Positions 28,703 to 37,841 of a stretch of 64,000 nt of DNA are shown here, piece by piece. The notes below the pieces were generated by a model that was not told the origin of the DNA, searched no databases, and worked only from the letters and a program-made list of their open reading frames with translations. A program made the position numbers and the translations under genes. The stretch lies in IMG/VR virus record IMGVR_UViG_3300044844_000428; one strand, 5' to 3'. Positions within the stretch are counted from its first letter, which is position 1; every line of letters begins with the position of its first letter. This DNA comes from a virus.

Positions 28703-29140
28703 TTATTTGAATAGTTTCAATATATCTGAATGGTCAATAAGGTATCCAATTACTAAACTTCCACCAATAACTATCCATTTCCATGTTTCTAATGCAGAAA
28801 GTCTATCAGAAATATCTTCTCTATATTCATCTGATTTTTCTTCATGTTCTTTAAGTTTAGATTCAATACGAGATTCCATATCATCTAACTTGTCAACAAT
28901 CTCTTTAGTAGTTTCTTCCATTTTCTTGTATAGATCCTTGACATCAGTTGTAGTTTCTTTATTATTATTCTCAAGATTGTTTAGTCTGTTGTCGTGTACT
29001 ATTAATAATCTTGATACTTCTGACGATGCTTTAGCAATTTCTGCAACTGTATTGTCTATCTTATAAACGACATTTTGGAGAACTGCCACCTCAGTTACCA
29101 GTCTATTGAGGTCATTACAGGGTGAATTGTGGTCACTCAT
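28703..29140 (-). CDS. coiled-coil protein with C-terminal TM helix, holin-like candidate
   Basis: Long coiled coil then WKWIVIGGSLVIGYLI; follows spanins. Confidence 0.5.
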   Translation of the reverse strand: MSDHNSPCNDLNRLVTEVAVLQNVVYKIDNTVAEIAKASSEVSRLLIVHDNRLNNLENNNKETTTDVKDLYKKMEETTKEIVDKLDDMESRIESKLKEHEEKSDEYREDISDRLSALETWKWIVIGGSLVIGYLIDHSDILKLFK

Positions 29141-29714
29141 TGTTCAAATCCTTTTGTTTTCTAATCCAATCTTGGAGTGATTTAAGTTGTTCTACTACTT
29201 GATAGTATGTACCGTAGTTTCCACTGACGGATTCAACAAGGGCAGAGAGTTTAATATCGGAGGGTCCTTCATGAGAAGTTCTGGAGGATTCGGGAACTTT
29301 GTTTTCTGCGGCAGCGTTGAGCAACTCGATAGCACCAGTATTGATACTACACTTAGCATCAGATTCTTTAGTAATATATTCAGGAACTTTCTTAATGATA
29401 ACATGAGTTTTGCCTTCCACTATTTTGACTTTTTCTATATATTCAGTAACAACTTTTGTCGTTACTTCAGCAGTTTTGGTTTCTAGTTGTGCAATCTGGA
29501 TTTGCATTTCCTTGATTTTTACTTGCCAGTTTGCTTCGTTTACCGAAACTCCTATCGCAAATGAATTCAGGCATAGTAACATGCCTAACCCAGAATACAG
29601 AGCCATCTTGTAATGAGCAGGAATTGGTATCAATACACCTAGAACAAGTCCTAAGAATGAGATGCCACTAAGAAGGTAGGTTAACCACTCAGGAATTAGA
29701 TTCAGTAGGAACAT
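29133..29714 (-). CDS. i-spanin (Rz-like)
   Basis: N-terminal TM segments, coiled coil, single periplasmic Cys, LQDWIR C-terminus. Confidence 0.75.
   Translation of the reverse strand: MFLLNLIPEWLTYLLSGISFLGLVLGVLIPIPAHYKMALYSGLGMLLCLNSFAIGVSVNEANWQVKIKEMQIQIAQLETKTAEVTTKVVTEYIEKVKIVEGKTHVIIKKVPEYITKESDAKCSINTGAIELLNAAAENKVPESSRTSHEGPSDIKLSALVESVSGNYGTYYQVVEQLKSLQDWIRKQKDLNNE
29195..29404 (-). CDS. o-spanin (Rz1-like lipoprotein) embedded in the i-spanin
   Basis: Lipobox LSSC then Pro-rich FPNPPELLMKDPP, alternate frame inside 29133-29714. Confidence 0.75.
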   Translation of the reverse strand: MLSLRKFLNILLKNLMLSVVSILVLSSCSTLPQKTKFPNPPELLMKDPPILNSLPLLNPSVETTVHTIK

Positions 29715-30195
29715 TAGCTTTTCTCTTAATGATTTTTTTAGTTCCTAATTTATATTCTGGATTAGCAACACCTGAAGTATTATTAGCAGGAAGTACTCCA
29801 CCTTCTTCATCGAGGAATTTCTTAACGAGGATTTCTTCCTCGACCAATATGATATTCTTTTGGTCGATGGTTTCAAGTAATGTAGTAAATCTTGATTCTA
29901 AATTTGAATTGTCATTATGTTGGTATGATTCTTTGATTAGGAAATAAGCAGCAATAAGATTCTTGGTGTATTTGTCTCCACCAGGTAACTTATTGAGTAA
30001 TCTTTTAAGATTGAATACTAGACGTTGAAGATACGTGTAAGCATCCTTTTCTTCTGGAGTAGTAAGTTGGTTTTGTTTTTTGAGGATTTTACCCTTAGCA
30101 TCTATAATACCCAACTTGAATGCATCTGATTCTTCAAATGGAGTGACTAACATTGAAAGTATTCTATAGGCTAGTAGATTGTCAATAATTCTCAT
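29689..30195 (-). CDS. conserved T4-like hypothetical protein
   Basis: LVTPF..DAFKLGIID.KG, AYT..RLVFNLKRLL. Confidence 0.7.
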   Translation of the reverse strand: MRIIDNLLAYRILSMLVTPFEESDAFKLGIIDAKGKILKKQNQLTTPEEKDAYTYLQRLVFNLKRLLNKLPGGDKYTKNLIAAYFLIKESYQHNDNSNLESRFTTLLETIDQKNIILVEEEILVKKFLDEEGGVLPANNTSGVANPEYKLGTKKIIKRKANVPTESNS

Positions 30196-30542
30196 TATAG
30201 TTTCCGAAGTACAGATATTATAGTTGGATCCAGATGACCTAAATCTTGTTCTGGTATTCTGTTAAGATACAATAAGAATGGCAATAACATATCACCATAA
30301 CTATCATCTATTTTAAAAAGTAACATTTTGGTAGCATTATCACCAAATACATTGTACAGAACAATTATATGATTCAGAATCAATCGTTCTCTCAGTGTAT
30401 CTTGTTCAACGTACCGCTTGAATAATTTATTTATATAATCGAATCTACATAGGTCCGATTCGAATTCTCTAATGGAAAAGCACTGAGGGTTTTCATAGCA
30501 ATTCATTGCAAATTGTATAAAATTCTCAGTGCTTAATTTCAT
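30195..30542 (-). CDS. conserved T4-like hypothetical protein
   Basis: YENPQC..EF..DL, LILNHIIVLYNVFG. Confidence 0.7.
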   Translation of the reverse strand: MKLSTENFIQFAMNCYENPQCFSIREFESDLCRFDYINKLFKRYVEQDTLRERLILNHIIVLYNVFGDNATKMLLFKIDDSYGDMLLPFLLYLNRIPEQDLGHLDPTIISVLRKL

Positions 30543-30543
30543 C

Positions 30544-31128
30544 TTATGCTACAGTAAGTTTGACTGCGGGTGATGTTTCACTTACAGCATTAGTAGCCGA
30601 AACAATAACACGATATTTGAATCCGTTTAGACCAGTTGTTGCACTGATTGCTAATGTAGCAGTAGTAGCACCAGTATAAACACCAGTATTAGTTATATCA
30701 ACATATACATTGCCATTAGTAGTAGTTGATCTTTGCCATTGATAAGACAATGCACCGCCGCCAGAACTGATTGCAGCAACAACTGCAAATGTAGTAGCAG
30801 CGGGAGCTGTTACAGAACGTGCAACTGGTTTAGTTGTTAAAGTAATATCATAAGTTCCCGCAGTGTCGATACCAGCATCATTAGCACGGTCGCCAGCGGC
30901 AACTGCAGTAACAGACATTGGAATTAAGCATTCTGCTTTGTGACGGATTGCTCCAGCCGCATTTTTATACTGTTCATATAACCACCAGCCTGGACCAGTA
31001 ATGCCTTTTGCTTTTGTATCTGCATCAGCGGCTTCAGTATTATCAATGAAGATTGCTTTTGCACGTTGTTCTTCGTTTAAATATTTTGGGACACTGGCAT
31101 CAGCATCCGTTTTTCCCCATAAACTCAT
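30544..31128 (-). CDS. virion protein with C-terminal Ig-like domain
   Basis: MSLWGKTD, PGWWLY; LSYQWQ...GATTATL..YRVIVS...LTV. Confidence 0.75.
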   Translation of the reverse strand: MSLWGKTDADASVPKYLNEEQRAKAIFIDNTEAADADTKAKGITGPGWWLYEQYKNAAGAIRHKAECLIPMSVTAVAAGDRANDAGIDTAGTYDITLTTKPVARSVTAPAATTFAVVAAISSGGGALSYQWQRSTTTNGNVYVDITNTGVYTGATTATLAISATTGLNGFKYRVIVSATNAVSETSPAVKLTVA

Positions 31129-31161
31129 TGTTATCTCCTTATTAGTTTGTAAATATATTTA

Positions 31162-32547
31162 TTAGTAAATTTCTCGCCATTGGATACCACACCAAACATC
31201 TGCTGCCGCTCCTATAGATTGAGCACATACTACATAGATTTCACTATCTGTACAATCAAAATTTTGTGTTATAAAATTTCTTTTTGCTGCAGTCGGATTA
31301 CTTTCAGATCCAGTACCAGTACCTTTAGCACTACCACCAGGGCTTGAAGTACCAACAAATCCATTATCTACAACATCACCACCAGATATTGCTGTTCCTA
31401 ATATAGTATATTCAACTGCACTTTCTGACGAAACGCTTGTCCAAGTAGGACTACTTAAAGTTATTGATGATAGACCTGAAAGTTTTATTAGTTTCCAATA
31501 TACTGGATTCTGTTCAGCATAAACATTAACATTTCCCATTCTTAACATCACACGATTAGGATAACCTTTAAATGTTGATTTTAATCTTATTGCTACGATT
31601 GGATAATTTGCGCCTAACGGAACATTCTGAGATGCAGTGCCTGAATCGATTGCCCAATCTATACCTGATTCTGCATATCCACCTTCGGAAACAACAGTTG
31701 AACAAATTTGGTCAAAAGAACCACCAGTAGTTGTACCTGTATTTTTTATTTCACATCTAACTGGTAAATTTGGATTACTCATATAGACTACAGGTAAGTA
31801 ATTACTGTTGTAAAATTCATGTGCAACAATCATATTACCGTTATGAACAAAACCGCATCTTACTCTACCAACACCTAGCCACTGAAAATCAATGAAAAAG
31901 ATTTGTGTCTTAGTAATATCGAGAGTCCACGATCCAGATACTCCGCTGTTAGTACCATCTGTAGAAGTGCCAACAATTGTCGTATTACAAGTATCAACAT
32001 TCCATTGAGCTTGAGTAACTCTTCTAGCATCGCTAGGAGTTCCGGTAGTGTCTGTTCTTATAACAAAACTTAAAGTACCGTCGCCAGCTTGTTCAAAATA
32101 GATTCCATTTCTGTCGTCAAAATAACCAGTCCGTTTAACTACATTAGCAATAGGACTATAGAAGTTAATTGTTGACTTTATTAGTTGACTTTTACCTGGC
32201 ATGTAGTTGTGATACTGTTTTGTCTGGTGTATAGCATAACTTGAACTATTTGATGTTGTCGTTAACCTTGCAGATGCTTGATTTGCATTATGAGTAATCG
32301 TTCCACCATTAGATACAATATTCAGAAAGTTTTGATCTATACCATAAGTATGTTTATAATCACCTAAAGTAAATGCTTCAGATATTCTTAATCTACCAAA
32401 AGCATCAGCCCCTCCCGTAGAAGGTGTCATCGATACTGGAAATCTATTGGTATCAGATACTACAGATCCATCATTATATACTTCAGTTGATATAGGATTT
32501 CCAACATCATTTTTAATTTCTTGATTGTTTGTAAAAAGGTAACTCAC
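31162..32547 (-). CDS. virion structural/fiber-associated protein
   Basis: DAFGRLRIS, YMPGKSQ, WLGVGRVRCGF, NLPVRCEI; beta-rich. Confidence 0.65.
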   Translation of the reverse strand: MSYLFTNNQEIKNDVGNPISTEVYNDGSVVSDTNRFPVSMTPSTGGADAFGRLRISEAFTLGDYKHTYGIDQNFLNIVSNGGTITHNANQASARLTTTSNSSSYAIHQTKQYHNYMPGKSQLIKSTINFYSPIANVVKRTGYFDDRNGIYFEQAGDGTLSFVIRTDTTGTPSDARRVTQAQWNVDTCNTTIVGTSTDGTNSGVSGSWTLDITKTQIFFIDFQWLGVGRVRCGFVHNGNMIVAHEFYNSNYLPVVYMSNPNLPVRCEIKNTGTTTGGSFDQICSTVVSEGGYAESGIDWAIDSGTASQNVPLGANYPIVAIRLKSTFKGYPNRVMLRMGNVNVYAEQNPVYWKLIKLSGLSSITLSSPTWTSVSSESAVEYTILGTAISGGDVVDNGFVGTSSPGGSAKGTGTGSESNPTAAKRNFITQNFDCTDSEIYVVCAQSIGAAADVWCGIQWREIY

Positions 32548-33284
32548 ACTATTCTCCAGCCATTTCTATAAAGTAATTGAATTGCACCATTGTCTAATTG
32601 AATAATGAAACCGGTTGGATCATTATCAACAGTTCCTAATACAGTTATTGGATTAACTGAAGCATTACCAGATTCATCTTTAATTATCAACATTCGACCA
32701 GAACTTGGATTACTAGGTAAAGTAATAGTAGTTGGTCCGTTATAGGTAACACCAACATAATAATCATCAGATGAGATAGTATATGTATAAGTCGTTACAT
32801 TATTAGTAGTATAAACTATATCATGTGGATTGACTTCAGCAAACTCAAATTTCTTTAAGGTTGCATTGTATCTCAGATATCTACCATCATAGATTGAACT
32901 TCTTACAATGTCATCAAGATAACTAAGATTCACTTCACCACCACCAGGACCAGCAAGAGAAATCTTACCCATCCATTGCTCTATGAATTTTAACTTATCT
33001 CTAATTTGTCTAACGTCATTATCAACAGGACTAACTTCTGGTTGTTGATAAGATTGTTCGTTGAATAATTTAGTTAGTTCTGGTGTTAAAACAGATTCTG
33101 GTGATTCCTCCATAACAAGCTCTGGTTCAATATAAACTTCTTCAAGCGTATGAAACTTGAATGGATTTGATTCCTTTACCCGTTCTGATATTTCAATCAA
33201 TCTATTTTCTTTTTCAGATTGTTCTTGTATCTTTGCCAATTTGGCATCAGACATCAATTTTAGGAAATCACCAAATTCTGCCAT
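32544..33284 (-). CDS. fiber-like structural protein
   Basis: GGGEVNL..LDD; DYYVGV...ITLP...IIKDESGNAS.NPIT. Confidence 0.65.
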   Translation of the reverse strand: MAEFGDFLKLMSDAKLAKIQEQSEKENRLIEISERVKESNPFKFHTLEEVYIEPELVMEESPESVLTPELTKLFNEQSYQQPEVSPVDNDVRQIRDKLKFIEQWMGKISLAGPGGGEVNLSYLDDIVRSSIYDGRYLRYNATLKKFEFAEVNPHDIVYTTNNVTTYTYTISSDDYYVGVTYNGPTTITLPSNPSSGRMLIIKDESGNASVNPITVLGTVDNDPTGFIIQLDNGAIQLLYRNGWRIV

Positions 33285-33288
33285 TTGA

Positions 33289-33471
33289 TTACCCTTTGTT
33301 TAAATGTTTGAAGTATCCAATACGCTTTTCTTGCTTATTGATCCATTCTTCGGAAGGTTTCCCCTCACCTTTATAATAGGCAAGAGGTTTACCGGATTTC
33401 TTAGAAACAATTGCCCACTTGCCGTCTACTTGTTTCAATACTTCTTCAAGATATTCTTTGAAGGTAATCAT
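33289..33471 (-). CDS. small putative internal head protein (paralog A)
   Basis: MITFKEYLEE N-terminus. Confidence 0.7.
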   Translation of the reverse strand: MITFKEYLEEVLKQVDGKWAIVSKKSGKPLAYYKGEGKPSEEWINKQEKRIGYFKHLNKG

Positions 33472-33656
33472 TACTTTTCAACCGTAATTGGTGGAACGTA
33501 TTCTTCTTTTTTATTCTGAGAAGTAAACCATCTGTCAGTATGCTTGTGTTGACCTTTATAATAGGCAAGAACCTTGCCGGTCTTCTTAGAAGTCATGGCA
33601 AGTTTCCCGTTGACAAGTTTCATTTCTTCAGTAATGAATTCTTTGAAGGTAATCAT
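33471..33656 (-). CDS. small putative internal head protein (paralog B)
   Basis: MITFKEFITEE; shares SKK.GK.LAYYKG with paralog A. Confidence 0.7.
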   Translation of the reverse strand: MITFKEFITEEMKLVNGKLAMTSKKTGKVLAYYKGQHKHTDRWFTSQNKKEEYVPPITVEK

Positions 33657-34657
33657 TTGCTCAATTGGTCTTTAATTTTGTCAATGTGTTCTTTTTTCGC
33701 GTCAAGATATACTTTGCTTCCTCCTGCTCTTGCAAAAGTCCGAAGTTTTATCCCATTTGTAGCTTTAGTTCCTTTTGGAATAGATGAATTATGAGCATCA
33801 ACTGCAGCTTTTATTTTATCCATATGATCAGAGTCATTAACAGTTATGACATGACGGGTACCTGCAGTTTCTTCCGCGCTTGGGCCCGCATTATCAATTT
33901 TATTTTTTTCTCTTTGTTTTAATGATGTATCTAAATGATGTTGAGCAAGTTCTGCCTGTTTATTATGGAATTCAGCGTTTTTTTGCATACTTCCAGAATC
34001 TTTTAATTCAAATGAGCCGTGTTTTGCTTGATTTTTATGATAATTAATAGCTTTCTTAAAATGATCTTCCAAATCTTTTCTTACTGCACTATGCATACGG
34101 TCTTTCATCATGTCTTTATTTGCAAATTGAGGTTCTCCAACCATACTTTTTGGTTCTAATCCTTCACCAAGTTGTTCTAATGATTCTTTAAACTCTTTAA
34201 AGTTTTTGATTCCTTTCTTTTTACGAAGTAATGCAAAATCTTGAGCATCTACTTTACCGTTATCATTAGCATCCAATTTCTTATGATTAGGATGTGCAAA
34301 TTTTTCGTCCATTACATCTTCTTTTAAGTGCCCAGCACTGTGTGCTTGCTTATAAATTTTACGTGCGCTTTCATACCCTGTAATTTTATCTATAGGATAT
34401 TTCGAGTGATGTTTAGGATCTATCAATCCTTTTATTTCAGATTTTGCTTTACTAATAATTTCTGAAGATTGGACTTTAGGATCCCCATGCGAAACCATTT
34501 TAGAGTAAGCCATATCACTTCCTGCCTTTCTATCATCATTGCCCGAAGTGTTGTGTACTTTATCTTTATAACTTTTAAGAGTTGCTGTTGATAACTCATT
34601 CATAGTAATATAAGTTTCTTGGATTGATTGTAATGCTTCTAATTCTGATGTGTACAT
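33653..34657 (-). CDS. putative internal head protein
   Basis: NELSTATLKSY module, LDANDNGKVDAQDF EF-hand-like segment. Confidence 0.6.
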   Translation of the reverse strand: MYTSELEALQSIQETYITMNELSTATLKSYKDKVHNTSGNDDRKAGSDMAYSKMVSHGDPKVQSSEIISKAKSEIKGLIDPKHHSKYPIDKITGYESARKIYKQAHSAGHLKEDVMDEKFAHPNHKKLDANDNGKVDAQDFALLRKKKGIKNFKEFKESLEQLGEGLEPKSMVGEPQFANKDMMKDRMHSAVRKDLEDHFKKAINYHKNQAKHGSFELKDSGSMQKNAEFHNKQAELAQHHLDTSLKQREKNKIDNAGPSAEETAGTRHVITVNDSDHMDKIKAAVDAHNSSIPKGTKATNGIKLRTFARAGGSKVYLDAKKEHIDKIKDQLSK

Positions 34658-35104
34658 TTAGTTCTCCTTAATTAATTTATGGGTTTTTGCATTTTTGATT
34701 GATAATTTGTCCATAGCAACTAATATGTTATCAATTCCATGGTCACGCATCCAGGCATAACGATGTCTACCATTAATAAACATGACATTACCATTCTCAT
34801 CTACAGATACTTCACTAGCTTCAATACTTTTTGTTGGATGATTATCAATGACTACTCCAGGGGCAAGTTCCTGTTTTCCACCTATTACGAATAATTCAAA
34901 ATTTTTATATCTATCCTTAATTGAACCAATGCCGCCCTTTCCTATATAATATGTTGGGTTGTTTTTAAACGCCTCATCAAATTTAGCAGTGTTTATAGCA
35001 ACAAGTTTATCACCTTTGGCTCTGTCAGGAATAGTAATTGTAACAAGTTTACCATTTATCCTAACTTGGTTAGATTCATTGATATAAGTTTTAAAGGATA
35101 TCAT
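34658..35104 (-). CDS. ParB/Srx-like domain protein with CTS-like start
   Basis: MISFKTYINE; FINGRHRYAW. Confidence 0.6.
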   Translation of the reverse strand: MISFKTYINESNQVRINGKLVTITIPDRAKGDKLVAINTAKFDEAFKNNPTYYIGKGGIGSIKDRYKNFELFVIGGKQELAPGVVIDNHPTKSIEASEVSVDENGNVMFINGRHRYAWMRDHGIDNILVAMDKLSIKNAKTHKLIKEN

Positions 35105-35117
35105 TTTATAATAATTC

Positions 35118-35555
35118 CTATTTCAATATCGATTTAAGCATCCACTGGTGCTTTTTATGTGCCGTTAAACGGTCTGCTAAGAAATTAGCATAACCTTGTT
35201 CATTTACTTCCTGTGATACTTGAAATGCAGATTCCAACGATTCAATCATCAACACATTAGCTTCATATAGATTAACCAACATAGCATTTACATTGTCTGG
35301 TTTAACCATATCTTCATTAATTGTTTTGTATCTAGTCAATTCAGTCAAACTAATAGGAGCATAAGCATCAAAAGTTCTAATGAATTCAGCTAATGTATCT
35401 ATAGCACCATAAGTGGCAGCATAGAAATCACCAAAGAAATCATGGAATTGTGGAAAATAGAAAGATTCTACATTCCAATGATATGAAGCACTTTTAAAGT
35501 ATAGTACAAAGTTGTTAGCAAATACTATTCTTGAGGTTGCAATTAACTTATCCAT
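35118..35555 (-). CDS. dps: Dps ferritin-like protein
   Basis: YHWNV, QFHDFFGDFY, IDTLAEFIR, HKKHQWML. Confidence 0.9.
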   Translation of the reverse strand: MDKLIATSRIVFANNFVLYFKSASYHWNVESFYFPQFHDFFGDFYAATYGAIDTLAEFIRTFDAYAPISLTELTRYKTINEDMVKPDNVNAMLVNLYEANVLMIESLESAFQVSQEVNEQGYANFLADRLTAHKKHQWMLKSILK

Positions 35556-35557
35556 GT

Positions 35558-37252
35558 TTAGTCTCTGTTGATTGGATGAAGACGAGCATTTTCAATTTTT
35601 CTAATTTTAGGCACTAACTTCATTGCGGCTTTATCGATTAGTTTCTTTTTCTTAGCCACGATTCTTTCAATACGTTCTTTTTCTTGGACGGTCAATTGAC
35701 TCAAAGGTTTCCTTGCAAGTTTTGCTTTAAGTGCATTGATTGCGGCATTACGCGCTCGATGATTAATTCTTTGCGGACTAGAACGAGTATGCAAAGCAAT
35801 CTTCATCTTACGCATACGTTTACCTTGAGACTGTTTGAATCTTATAGCAGCTTTGATGCGTTCCATTCTTGATAATACTTCAGTAAGATATGATTCGTTC
35901 ATTCCATCTAGTTCTTTAACATGAGCAACATGGTTACCTTCATCGTCAACTACATGGAGTTCATCATCGTCATAGGTACTTAGAATATCTTCATCAGACA
36001 CTTTATCAACCATATCATCCAATTCGTCATCTGACATTTCAGAATCGTCTTCTTCAGAATCTTCATGTAATTTATATTTGATTTTCATTCTGCGTAAAGA
36101 GTCTTTATCTCCATTTGGTTCTATAGTACTTCCTACTCTACCATGGCCTTTACTTTCATCGTCAAAATCACTTTGAGTATTTTTTGAATCATCGGAATCT
36201 TGATCTTCTGGACCGCCATTATCATCTTCATCACCATCGTTTGGGTGAACTTGGTCTGGATTAGTAACTCTTTTTACTTTGGGTGAACTTACTAATTTGG
36301 ATGAATCTTCTTTTACTAATGCCGGCATAAGTTTCTTATCATACATGATTCCTGCTTCAGTGGCAGTATTCAGCATATTTTTAAGAATCTTTAATGAATC
36401 AGATTTTAATGGATTCTTTGAAAGTGTTTTGAGTGCCTTATTGATAAGTTCTTCTGGTGATGAAGAATCAGAATCAACACCAAGAGTACCAGCAACAATC
36501 TTGGCAATTTTTAGTTTGTCTGAACTTGAGTATGTCATTTCTTGTATTTTTCCTGCTGAATAAGAATCTTGGCTTCCATAATCGGATACTACTAATTCCA
36601 TTTTGTGATATGAATTCATTAAGTAATCTTCGTGATGAAGATAGACACCCAATCTTTTAAGAATATCCACGGCTACTTGTTGAGCTCTTTGGAATGTATG
36701 GAAATCGTCTATAGATAATGAACCCGATACGATGCTTTTTTGAATACCAAATGCTTGGTCAGTTGCCTTAATGGCATTAAGCAATGCTACGGGATCAATG
36801 TTCGGTGTTTGAGTTAATTTCGTGTATTCAAAGATTGCTTCTTTACTTATATCAAAATTCTTAGTAGTAAATCCTTTATATGTAACTTGGTTTGTTGTGA
36901 CATTACCAAAATCTTCTTTTAAAAGATTACTAGTTTCTTCATCAACCATCTTAACTTCTACAAGCCATTTGCGTTGTATATTACCATCAGAATCTGTAAC
37001 TGTAAGGTAATTGCTACCTCTACTAAGTATTTCCAAATATGTATCATTGGATTCAACTATATCTCCCACATTAAAGATTTCTCCGCGAAAGTATTGCTCA
37101 CGAATAGTATCTAATTCAGTGGTTTTTTCAAATTCGATATTTGGATTAGAATGCTTTGAATATGGAGAATTATCCAAAGACTCAATGAGATCAACCTTTT
37201 TAAAATCTATCTTATTAGTCTTTGGATTAAATAATGATTGGTATGTTTTCAT
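35558..37252 (-). CDS. large putative prohead/internal protein
   Basis: MKTYQS start, IREQY..GEIFNVGD, acidic middle, basic C-terminus; late promoter upstream. Confidence 0.6.
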   Translation of the reverse strand: MKTYQSLFNPKTNKIDFKKVDLIESLDNSPYSKHSNPNIEFEKTTELDTIREQYFRGEIFNVGDIVESNDTYLEILSRGSNYLTVTDSDGNIQRKWLVEVKMVDEETSNLLKEDFGNVTTNQVTYKGFTTKNFDISKEAIFEYTKLTQTPNIDPVALLNAIKATDQAFGIQKSIVSGSLSIDDFHTFQRAQQVAVDILKRLGVYLHHEDYLMNSYHKMELVVSDYGSQDSYSAGKIQEMTYSSSDKLKIAKIVAGTLGVDSDSSSPEELINKALKTLSKNPLKSDSLKILKNMLNTATEAGIMYDKKLMPALVKEDSSKLVSSPKVKRVTNPDQVHPNDGDEDDNGGPEDQDSDDSKNTQSDFDDESKGHGRVGSTIEPNGDKDSLRRMKIKYKLHEDSEEDDSEMSDDELDDMVDKVSDEDILSTYDDDELHVVDDEGNHVAHVKELDGMNESYLTEVLSRMERIKAAIRFKQSQGKRMRKMKIALHTRSSPQRINHRARNAAINALKAKLARKPLSQLTVQEKERIERIVAKKKKLIDKAAMKLVPKIRKIENARLHPINRD

Positions 37253-37280
37253 TTGGGTTCCATCTATAACAGTAATAATC

Positions 37281-37288
37281 TATTTATA
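37281..37288 (-). promoter_or_regulatory. T4-type late promoter
   Basis: TATAAATA about 30 nt upstream of 37252. Confidence 0.75.
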
Positions 37289-37310
37289 AATTTTTAGAAC
37301 CCAAATAATA

Positions 37311-37802
37311 TTAACAATTCCATTTTTTGAGGGCTAATGCTTTTCTAGTTGGATTTCCGTCTTTATCTTTCATAGGTCCATCAACTCCGCTCATGCGAGC
37401 ACAAAATGATTTTCTTCGTTTTGCGGCCTTACTTCCAGGTTTCAGTTTTGAAGGTGGAGTAGTAACAGCAGTTTGTAGATGACCACCAGTTTTTCTATTA
37501 TAGGCATCAACTCCTTTTTGAGTTAATCCGCCAGTAGAACTTTTATGACCTTTTGCGTCAATAGCATATTCTAGTAGTTCTTCATCAGTAAATTCTTCAA
37601 AGTTTTCCCAAAAGATTTCAGAATCGATTCCGTGTTCTAATGATAGTTCTTCAATTACTTCTTCAATTAAATCAAACTGTTCTTCTAGACTTTCGGGAAT
37701 ACAATTAGGGACCTTTTTTCCATTTTTCTTTTTCATTCCATATTGTTCATATCCTTTCCAACATGGGTCTTGTTCTGCAATAAAACTTTTATACGTTTTC
37801 AT
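37311..37802 (-). CDS. putative internal head protein (DUF6321-like C-terminus)
   Basis: MKTYKSFIAE; CWKGY..VPNC; GGLT.KG...RRKSFCARM...KWNC. Confidence 0.7.
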   Translation of the reverse strand: MKTYKSFIAEQDPCWKGYEQYGMKKKNGKKVPNCIPESLEEQFDLIEEVIEELSLEHGIDSEIFWENFEEFTDEELLEYAIDAKGHKSSTGGLTQKGVDAYNRKTGGHLQTAVTTPPSKLKPGSKAAKRRKSFCARMSGVDGPMKDKDGNPTRKALALKKWNC

Positions 37803-37841
37803 TTGGATTCCATTTCGACAATAATAAATTATTTATCAATT

